DNA of 64,000 bases from the NCBI RefSeq assembly GCF_964204645.1, contig NC_134025.1:24656299-24720298 (forward strand), written 5' to 3'. The position numbers and the translations under genes are program-made. Shown here one piece after another: positions 53,088 to 64,000 of this stretch. The stretch's first letter is position 1. Every line of letters begins with the position of its first letter. Below the pieces are notes generated by a model. It had not been told where the DNA came from and did no database searches. It saw nothing but the letters and a program-made list of their open reading frames with translations. This stretch comes from Tubulanus polymorphus (taxonomy: Eukaryota > Animalia > Nemertea).

Positions 53088-54089
53088 TTAACTCTTTGCA
53101 TGCAACTTTGTTAAATTTTCAGATCTCAGAATTCTCTGATTTGTTCTTAACTACTTTCAGTACATGATAATAAAGCAATTATGAGGGCTTTATACTAACA
53201 GGGACATAGTAAAACTATATATTTTCTGTTTCAGAACAACCTATTCTATCTAAAAATCTATACTTTTCAAAAATTTTGCTGTCTGGGGTAAGATGAGGGA
53301 CCCCAGAAGGCCCCACCCAGGGTGTGGTTGTACTAAATAAGCCTGTTTTTTTTACAGTAATTAACCAAGGAAAAAAAGAGATCAGAGAGAAACTGATTAT
53401 AATTCTCCATTTTATCCAAGCTAGGGCCGTTGTTGATCACTGGGAAAAGTTTTGGGGTCCTTGGGTCATTATGATGGTCAATATCTCAAGGTCAACGAAA
53501 GGTCAAAAAATCAAATTTTAAAAAATTATTTTTTAATTTCAGTCAATATGTCTTCTCTAGTATCCTCTATTGCTGAGTATCCTCTCATGAGCTGAAATAA
53601 AGTATTCCTCGAGGTGTCTCCGAATATTAGGGGGTCTTTGTGACCCCCTAAATTCCCAGAGGGGTCACCCTAAATTCCCAGAGGGGTCAAAATGACAGAA
53701 AATCTACAAAAAGTCAGTGTAATTTGAATGACATACTTCACTGATGCGACTACGCCGGCCAAAAATAAACACTGATAAGAGTTAGAATGATACAGTGTAT
53801 GTAGTGCTACTGTGAAAATCTATCTATGTCAGGTATGCGCCGTGTCTAAACGCTCTGTCATAGGCCTATGTGATGTATACACAGCTGGTGCTTGTATGGA
53901 TATAGGAACAGCTTCAGTGTGTTGCCAAGGCCTCCGCGTGATAACAGACATAACATGAAGTACAAAGCTCGATGTATATTCCATCTATAGGGCCATAGCA
54001 ACACTACCCGTTATGTGATGTAACGTCACGCACATTTCAAAGGTTTGACGACCGTTACTTCCGGTCACCCCCAGCATGCATAGAGTTAA
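53088..54089. mobile_element. TTAA-flanked non-autonomous DNA transposon (piggyBac-like)
   Basis: TTAA-CTCTTTGCATGC ... GCATGCATAGAG-TTAA, with an internal 22 bp tandem duplication CCCTAAATTCCCAGAGGGGTCA at ~53646-53689. Confidence 0.7.
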
Positions 54090-57000
54090 ACCAATGACCG
54101 CAAATCAAGCATTTGTATTCATGGGTTCCGACAGGCAAGGTTCGTGAGACGTCTCAATCAACGGCTCCCGGTGAGGATCAAATAGAGCACTTGTTGTTGC
54201 CCGTGGGTCACGTTTTACGAATTAACTATACGGAAATTACCGATATTTGTGCTTTGTATGTCGTTCTAAATATAACTGTCATTTGCTATCCATGTACGAT
54301 TGACGATGATTTACTTCGCATATACGTCGAGCCATGGCATTCAGCAAAATCTTAGAACGAAATTTAATTTGGCAAATATAAGTGCAAATGATATAGATAG
54401 AATTTTTAATGACGTTGCAAGTCCGAATTGATAGATTTGGGGAAGTATGTTAAATTGGGGTTTGAATATTTGATTTTATAGTTTGAAATTACACGTGTAT
54501 AGAACGGAACTTTTTTTCTGTCAATATTTTTTGTAACTCAAAAAACATGTATATATTTGTATACTGTTTTTCTGCTGATTCTTTGTTCATTGACGATCAT
54601 GTCATTTGATCAGGGTGAATAATAAAACCTAAGCTTGGTATCAGAACGAAAAACGAAAATCTGTCAGGTTGTGAGATAGTTTCGATGGTGATAAGCTAAA
54701 TTGAAATAATGCAAATATTTCACTTAAAAAATGATGATTAAAAATGTATTGTTTTACTCACAAACATATACACATAAACCAACATGCGCTGCTCCATGGA
54801 CATCTATATATGAAGCTTAAAGCAGGAAGTTTTCACCAAATCCTCATTCGGAGTAATTGCATTGTCCGTTTCACCTCAAAACCACTTATCACAATGATTT
54901 GTCGACATGCAAAATCGATTTCAACGAGTTTGAGAAAATCGCTCGAGTAACCGACTCAAGAGCACTTCATCACTCGTTATTCATAAAGTCCTCAATTAGA
55001 CATGAAAAAGGATTTATGTATTAGAATATGTGGTTAATAACAAAAATAAGCCAATAGACTTGTCATTTGGGGTGTTCCCATAAAAATTGCTACACAGCTT
55101 CACAGTCTTGACTAACCAACTCACTTAAATTCATGCTCTGATACCACCGAGATTCCGCCAGAGAAAAGAAAAACATCAATTTTCTACGAGCGCGGGACAA
55201 GTGCCCATTTCTTTATATCATATAAAAATCGAAGATTTGTGCGGGAGCATTATATTTTTGATTGCTCGACGCGCTATGCGTACTGCAACGTATTTCTCAT
55301 GAAGCATTGCTGAATTGCGATGGCTAATTTGGTCAATCTACTACGACCAATATTTGAGAGCTTTGTCGAAAACTAAAGTAGCATCAGTAATCACATCTCA
55401 CGACAGATGACGTATTCTCGCGTACGAGTATTCTCGGTGTCTTACTTACGGACAAGCATTCTTCGAGTCCAAGCCATTCGAGTCTTTTAGTGGGTAGTAT
55501 TTTTATTTCCTAGTGAATGATAGATGCGGGCTATACATTACGTTAGGTAATGAAGTTTTCACAAGGTCATCATATTCTACCTTTGAGATTTCTAATAACC
55601 CACACACCAAGGAATAACGCGCACATGCCAGACTTCTACTGTGAAATGCGAGAGTTTATAATCAAGAGGAATCAATTCTTTGTTGGTTATGACGAGAAAG
55701 ACTCGCAAAAAATGAAAGCAATACGACAGCCTAGGTCGAAGTCGGTAATTCACTGAAGCCTTAGCTATTTCCTTTCTGTGAAAATGGCAAGGACGTTCTT
55801 AATAAGAGACATTGGCCTAAGGCAGATGCTCAGAAATATACTTCTCTGAAAAAGATATATCATCTTTATTTCATTGAAAAGATGTGTATCCATTTGAAAC
55901 TGGCGATTTACAGTGATTATCTTTTTGTTTCAAATCAATGCAGAAATATAGAGGCACGAAGACGTAAGCGTATATCAATAGACAAATCAATCTATTTTTC
56001 AAATGGGCCTTCAGAATTTACCCGATTCAGGACATTTCAGTGATCCTTCACCGCATCGGTTGTCTGACGGCGTGCTATCAAGTTATGGACCATTAATAAA
56101 GATGACTTTGACAGATTAATGCAGTGTAATCCTATTTATGCGGTAAGTCAATACTGATCACGGTGATAAGAGGAGATGTTACTCGCCGAATTGAAACAAC
56201 TTTACGTGATGATCAAATAATTGTACTGGACATCGATCTGAAGACTTGGCTAAACATGACAGATACAAAGTATGTAAATCGACATTTCTGCTTGCGGTGC
56301 ATTACGCCAGTACGATTCCGTATAGTAGGCCTAGGCGTTTATTTTCTTGTGAATAGCGATATGAATAATATATCTCAATCTCTATTTGACGATTGGCAGA
56401 CTTATGGCAGATTTTATGGTAGACTACCGCTTGTGTTAAATACGCGAACAGCAATATTCACATAATATTGAAATAAATCATACTTCATTATGCTTGTGGA
56501 AAATGAAATAATTCCTTATTCTACAATTTCTAAAATCTTGTTTTAGTTCATTACGATTCATAAAAGCGAGCTTTGGGAGGCTGCGTTAGAAAAAGTTGAA
56601 TATGGGAAAAAAATGGAGAATAGATATCAATTATCTTCATTGAATAAATCCAGACCTATCAGAAATTCATTTCGGACACTCCTTTAGCCTCATTAAATAA
56701 ATGTTGTGGAACGCCATTTTGGATATTCATTTCATATCGTGTTCACAGGCAGGTAGGTTTCTGGTGTGATTTTTGATGGGGTTTCCTTTACAAATCACGT
56801 AATTGGTTTTCGCGGAATATCGTGCGTAAAATTAAACCAAAAGCCCAAAGGGCAACCACTGACGACCAGGACGATGCCTAAAGCACTCTATCGAAAAAAA
56901 AATTGGCAAAAAAGTTTGAAGATCAACTGTCCCACTTTATGCAAAACGCGTAAACTTGGAGTAGTTTAAGATTTTAAATGCATCTAATTGGGTGAAATAT

Positions 57001-57230
57001 TGAACAGTTCCTTTACATTTGCCGTTTCGGTAAATAACAATTCTCGTAAGATTTATAGTAATGCGAAAGAGAACTTTTTTCTTTTTACTCTATAGGTAAC
57101 GAACGCGTTGTATCGTAAGATTGCGCTGGTATAAACGTCATAATGAACTATTCTCCCTAGCCTTCGAATCGGTTATTTTTCCACAAGATTTTTAAGGTGC
57201 AAAAAGGGGGAAAATTCTGTAACTGTGTAT

Positions 57231-57605
57231 TTACAGAACGGAACGAAACACTGGACTGTATATAAGTTAAAACCACCAACCGCCAATTTATTTATTTACT
57301 CCAGAAATAAATTACGACAATGTGTACAATCAACATATAGAAAATGTCGTAATATAAAACAACAAAGAATTGACACATGAAATAATGATGATAATTTATT
57401 TTCTTGACATAGTGCAATATCTACAGAGTAATCTCCGCGCTTTACATAAGACTAGAAAATAGAAATTAAAAATGCAATCACGGTGAAATATGTAGTTGAT
57501 TAAAACTTCTCATCCGATACGTAACAATAGCGATACACTGACTTATCATACTTTCAAGCTATCATCTGATTTTCGTATACGGTCCCTGTTCCGTTCCGTT
57601 TCGGT
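57231..57605. mobile_element. Degenerate MITE-like inverted repeat
   Basis: GAACGGAACGAAACACTGGACTGTATA / TATACGGTCCCTGTTCCGTTCCGTTTC. Confidence 0.5.
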
Positions 57606-60600
57606 AATTATACAGTAAGCCTTTTAAATGTACCTTTCGTTCGCAATACCCCATGACTCGTATTCTCAGGTATCTGCAAGCTATCATCTTTTAAAATCGT
57701 CAGCTGAAAATAAACAATCATCCGTCATCGGCGGATAGATCGGTGGGATTGATGAATATCCCGGTATAGAAAATGAACAGCACCCGATATAAAAAGTCGT
57801 TACGAGATCGCTGAGGCAGAAATGAAAATATGAAGCTATGGCATATGCTTCGCCCTGATGACAGTTAATTTGAAGCTAGTAATGTGAAGCATCTAATGGA
57901 TTTTTCGGCAGAGTTTTAGAAATCAAAAATCAGCTCAACCGTGACGTATAAGCGGTGTGAAACCAATATTCACCGCGTGGTCACTACATCCGTATTTTCA
58001 TGAAGACTCTCAGAGAAAGCAATAATTAGTCATTTTGATGGCGTCGTAGCAAAAGCACCCTGGGGCTGACTGATACCGGAGAGTCTGATGAGATGGAAGC
58101 GTAAATTAATTACTGCATCACTTTTTCCGCACAGCTGCGACCGATGAACCAAAACAAGTAATAAAAATAAGCAACGAAGTCTCGGATTATTTCGTCAGAG
58201 GAAAAAAGAGATAATCGTCGAATAGAAAACAAAGGTTCAAAATAGAAACGATGATGAGAAAGAGCTTTGTGCCGGGATTATAATCTCGAAATGCATTGAT
58301 TAACCGGAAACGAATCTCTTTCAAATATAATTTCGAAAAAAATCATTCGTTATTGTTAGAATATCAATCTAAATCGTATGTACGCTTTATGTTAAGTCTG
58401 TGTTATATTTTCGGAAATGGGCCCTCGTCGTTATGTCGGGGAAACTGAATTTGAACCCTTGGACTCCCGTGTTATACAAGTCTACGTGATCTATTGTCAT
58501 TGATGCCGTCGTCGACGATCAGAGATGTTTTTCTGCGCTGACCAGGATTGTCGGGAGAGACTTTCACAAAAGAAAGTTTTGTGTTACACTTAATTCCTGA
58601 CGGAAATCCGATAGGTGAGCGATATTGACATTTCCATGTCAAGCAGTTTTCGTCTGCTAATATCAAGTAAATTAGTGGCGTTAATTATGCAAATAAAGTC
58701 CTCGCATTTTGCCTGAGAGATACAATGCACACGTGGAATTCATCGCGCGGGCAAAATAATAGGATTTTCAATGATTGATAATAAATTCTCGACGTAATAT
58801 ATGAAAAAGCAAGTTGCGTGCCGTAGGACGAGAGAATTAATAGAACGATAATCAAGTTACCAGACCTTATTTTCAATTCGTATGTCGGGTTTTCTACGTG
58901 TTGATTGCTTTCGAGAAAGTATAAGCGCGGCTGCTTTGTTAAAAACGAATGTCGCTGTAGAAAACATTGGAGAAGAACACGGAATGAACGCGATCGGATA
59001 AAATGACTGATCTGCTGATCTGCTTCAAGAGGAACTTAAACACTGATTACAGCCAGAAACTAAAGATTGGTGGTATATAATACAAATCTCGGTTTGATAT
59101 CATTTGAAAATTGAATCTCCGTAATCAAATTATGATGCCTCAGAGAACATCCGGTTAACGTATGCTGCGCGTGGGTTTCATATTCGGATGTGAAAAGAAC
59201 TGAATAGTTTTCTTTAAAAAAGGATCGTCGTTGCGTTTCCGAAATCACCCGGGGGTGTTTACCTATCTTTTTGCCCAGAACTGTAGAATAAAATGTCAGA
59301 TTTGATTCTGACAGTGATCAATCAGAAAATGAACGCTTCGGTGCTTCGTTTTCAATCAACTCAATAATGAAGGAGGGTCGGTTGCCTGAGACAGCCACCC
59401 TGCCAAGTTCCACCATTAGAGTCTTATCATCAGAAACATATTGGCTAATAAGATCATTTTATCTCTTCCCGGATAAAAAATAGTATCTGTACCGCCTACT
59501 ACGCTCATATTCTCAGCACTTAATGTATCGAGATTCTGTCACTTGCAGAGTCTACACTACGAAATCTAGTTGTTCTCTGAGAAATGGCCAGAAACAGCCG
59601 AGTCGTCTATACTTTGATGATGGAGCTCATGTTTCGTCTTCTCGAATCAAAAGTCGCATGTAAACACGGTTATCCGTTCATATCAAATTACAAGATTGAC
59701 AAATTAATCGACCAGTGTTCAGAAATGTATCAAGCAAAGGGTACTTGACCGGTTTGCCACACAATGCGTATGGAAACATGAGGTTTTTAATGCCCCGGAT
59801 CATGATTTCTGCTTTTTTAGTTGACCACCCATAGACATTCGATTCAAGCAATAATGACATGATTTCTATTAGAGTAACGCTCGAACGAGGTGTGTAGAAG
59901 AAAAACGTATACTGTTGCTTAAGATAAGACAGTATACGAATGAAGAGTTAAATCGTAATCACGCGTGGACATCGGATAAAAGTTGAACGAAACGCATAAA
60001 TATTACGCGAAATTGAAGCAACACCAGACTTCATGGTGATGACATCCTATCAATTGTATTGCTTGATAAACATAGGGAAATACAACAGACCCGAAACAAA
60101 TAAAACGAAGGACAAGGCGAGGAGACAAATGAAAATGAAAAATAAAATGAACCCCGGTATCTACTTATGATCGTATTATTTATGAGATTTATATCAAAGT
60201 ATAAAGATTCAGATCACGCGAACCCCCAGCATCGAATAAGGTTATTCTGCAACGAAATGTGTAAACAAAAGGCACATGGACATACGAAGGAATACGTGAC
60301 GACAAGATTTCTTCTGCGACCGGCTTAAAAAGGTTCCATTTTCACCAGCTGTCAGAATGCTATTATAGAATCAATTATAGAACCTGCAATGTCGTTACGT
60401 CAATACGTGTTTAAAGAGATGGGAGAAAATAACGCGGATTTATGCGTCAGCTAGCTTAAAGTATATGTCATCTATTGACAGAATGAAGATTTATAGCTTG
60501 TCAATCTTTAGAGAAGAAATTGCATGAGCTACGTCGTACTAAAATGATGAACAATCTTTATCGCCTTTTAAGAGTCAATCGAAGACTAAGCGCGTGTTTT

Positions 60601-62051
60601 GGAGCGTTTGAAAAGAAAATGAAATGAAAAGAAAAAACATTAAAAACCCTTAAAACCTTTTATTTAGGCAAGCATCAAATCTTTGTGCCAATAATCAACT
60701 AAGCTTGTTCCAGTTCCGGTTGTTAGGCTTACGGGAAAAAAATTGAAAATAAAAAAAATGAAAATCAACATGTGCATATTACAGAGAGAATACAAAAGCT
60801 CCGACTTTTTGAGGCAGTTATCGTCGAATACTTAGAAAGCCAAGTAAGCGCTTTTTCATGTCCAGTCTTCAGGTAATTGCCACCTAAGACTGACTCAAAT
60901 GCCAAACGACATCTTCACCGACGACGTATACAGTGTAACTGACGACTGATGGATGATATCTAAATAGTATCGGTTGATATGAAAGCATAACAGTGATAGC
61001 AAACACGAAATTTCTTTTAAAGAAACTCGACGCGAAAGAGATCAAACGTCAATGACGTCTTAGCACACTGAACTGCACAGACATTACAGCGGGTCCTTTT
61101 AGACAGCCAGCTTCTCATTTAAAAGTTGATAACAGTTGTTCTTACAGCCGTTTCTTTGATTGTCTCTGTATATTACGCCAAAATAATCATTTTCTGGTCT
61201 TCGCAATGAATAATTTGCAATTCCTTGCCAACCCGTCCCAGAACGTGTACGTTTTGAAGAACTGAATGTTGCGAATGGATTCTACAACCGCAAGTCAATA
61301 TCCCTTGAATAATCAGCACGTCTGATACTGCCGCGGCTGCCGCGTGACGCTTGATGATGCGATGCTTATTCGACAAAAATGAAACGGTCGCTTGATAAAT
61401 ATCGAGTTGGAAACCTATACGCTACGCACATAATTCTTGTTGTAACGAAGTTCACTGGCTTGTCGGGCAAATTCTGCGATTCACCATGAAAATTGTCATG
61501 TTTCTAGATGATTGATTGTAAGCCGTCTCCGTTTACGTAATTAATCTTATTGGAATTTAGAACGCGCGCAAACGCCTGGATCAATTCTTATTGTCAGTTA
61601 TGGTTCCCACCTTAGTCTTCAATTCCGTTTTTACGAATTTTCTTAGAGATTGGAATGTGGTGATAATACTTTTTAATACACTACGAAAATATCCAAGCAT
61701 GAGGATGATTGTGGATTTTAAGCCGCCGCTTGGAGACATGATTTATCGGTATTCCGCTGATTAAATGATTTTTACAAAACTTACTTTTGTGAAAGGCCCA
61801 CACGTACATGGTATATTCAAAAATATGAGCGCCGTAGACGCAAAGTCCTCAAGGGAATCTTTGGGCCCCAAGAAAGTTCTGAAAAAGTGGATCATTTTCT
61901 GAGCATTGATTCTAGAACAAAATAACCGGAAATAATTTGCCACTGTGTAACTTTCTTACGCCTGGTTGAGAAATCATTTTGGAAAAAAATAGAGGGCCCG
62001 GGTCGCTTTGGATCCGCCACTGTGTTCATTGAGTTCACCTGCCAAAAGCAA

Positions 62052-62926
62052 TACGGAAGGCAATAGCCACCAAAACATGGTTATATGTCATTCGATAATA
62101 AAAAGGTTTAAATAGATGATGAAAACATACAAAAAGATAGTGAAAACATAAGAAAGGGTGATGAAAACATGAAAAACTGTCAAAAGGTGATAAAAAGTCA
62201 ATTGATGGTATTTAATCATATTTTCATATTTTATCACCTTTTCATCTTTTACCACCTTTTCATTATCTTTCGACGGTTGCCAATAGCAACCATTCGATGA
62301 TACTACTAACGTATTCATGAATTGTCCAAATTTTACAAATATGTGATACATAAAATTCTCACAGTCTAATAAAAGTTAGTAAGTCATCACAATAATGTTG
62401 ACGCAAAGATTTTTTTAAGGAAAATTAACATTTCCTTACCAACGTTAAAGGTACTCCGAGAAGTCATGAATGGGAACAAAAATGCCTCAGAATCCAGGCA
62501 TTCTTGATAAATTTACAAAAAATGATCAAAATTCATAAGGAAATAATGTATATGTAAAAAAAGGGATTCGAACAAGATAAGTAGGCCCTATATTCAATTT
62601 GCTTGGGATTCAAAGATTATAGCGCGACAACGCAGTGCGGAGTAGAGACATTGGAAACCGCAACTCATCTACTGTTTACTAGAAATAGATTGATTGATAG
62701 CCTCTATATGCACAGATGGCGTTAGTAGTATCATCGAATGGTTGCTATTGGCAACCGTGGAAAGGTGGTAAAAGATTAAAATATGATAAAATATGAAAAT
62801 ATGATAAAATACCATCAATTGACTTTTTATCACCTTTAGACAGTGTTTCATGTTTTCATCACCTATTTAAACCTTTTTATTATCGAATGACATATAACCA
62901 TGTTTTGGTGGTATTCGCCTTCCATA
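62052..62926. mobile_element. Fold-back/MITE with ~210-260 bp inverted arms
   Basis: CCACCAAAACATGGTTATATGTCATTCGATAATAAAAAGGTTTAAATAG.. and its reverse complement ending CCTTCCATAG. Arms at ~62052-62310 and ~62719-62926. Confidence 0.85.
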
Positions 62927-64000
62927 GATGTGCAAGGATTATTGATGGATGTTGTTTTAAGAATGCATAAGAGTCTAGGATACGAAGATGCCTTTATAAC
63001 TCTATTGGGCAGTGAAGGCCTAAACCACAGGTAAAAGTAATACGTCCATGATTTTTGGTTCGAGTCCTTGAAATTATCATCATCCCGAACTTTATCCGAA
63101 TAACCCAGCCATCATCCCTATCGGCAATTCATAACTTCCTAGCTGTGAATTTGCCACTCACATGTTCGATACGTTTTTATTAAGATAAACGATAGCGTAT
63201 AGTTTTACAATCAATACGATGTAAAACTATCCCGATATTATCCAGCAAACCGAAGAAAATGGTATTCATCACGGGATAAAATACCAATACGTTGATGAAA
63301 TGACGATAATAAGATAAGTGACATCTTATGAGAGACTGTGATAGAAGATAATTGAAACGCCACTGGTAGATAAATGAACCAGTGCGTCTTCGTCGACAGG
63401 CACTTTATAACGACTCGGTCAGATAAAAGAGAAAAACAAGTTGTCATTGACATATATTGTTTACTGGTTAGAGGCAAACCAGGCAAAAATGCCAACAAAA
63501 GTGCGCCGAGTCAAATTCGTCCCGTGTGCGGGTGATATTAGTTTTCCAGCGCATTCGTCGTTCGCCGAGTGTCTAATGATTTTCGCCTCAGCGCCAAGTC
63601 CGCTCAGGTGTGCAGCGAACTTTCGCTACTTTCATTCATGCTCAGCAACTGATGATGGCGACTAGAATATTAATTATTTCGGAAAATCGTTGGTTTACTA
63701 CAAGCGTATCACTTGCTGTGATATGTGATTACTAGACTAAATAAAAGCATACGTTTCCCTTGACCTAATACCTAATATGAGAAACCGAATACCCTAACCT
63801 CTCGACCAAGCGCCCAGCTGATTCACGACCTAATGCGACAATGTGACAACTCACAACCCGCACTGCCGAACAGGGTGAGTTGTGGGTAGTGTCGAAATCT
63901 AGTGAATACTACTTATTTTCGACACGGCCAAAATGTATTTTAGAATTATTTTACATATCATGCGCATACATTTGCTACAGCTACTTTGTCGTGAGCATTT

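Overview
AT-rich, intron-containing animal genomic DNA, probably a lophotrochozoan-type invertebrate (inferred from gene structure and the receptor sequence). The left 17 kb is a compact housekeeping cluster: CEP97 (minus strand, 3' end outside the window), head-to-head with RPL24, then NDUFB8 and STRAP (plus strand). Converging on it is a vasopressin/oxytocin-family (conopressin/cephalotocin-like) GPCR on the minus strand. It has one TM1-TM6 exon and two separate, in-phase, paralogous TM7/C-tail last exons, with a 1.2 kb fold-back element between them. I recognise no protein-coding exon in 28.4-64 kb, which holds MITEs and Penelope-type palindromes with minimal hammerhead ribozyme cores. Other notable points: a U12-type intron and a probable GC-AG intron in CEP97, and two divergently oriented, covarying structured-RNA candidates flanking a promoter-motif-rich 209 bp inverted repeat. 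All calls were made by eye, with no database search.
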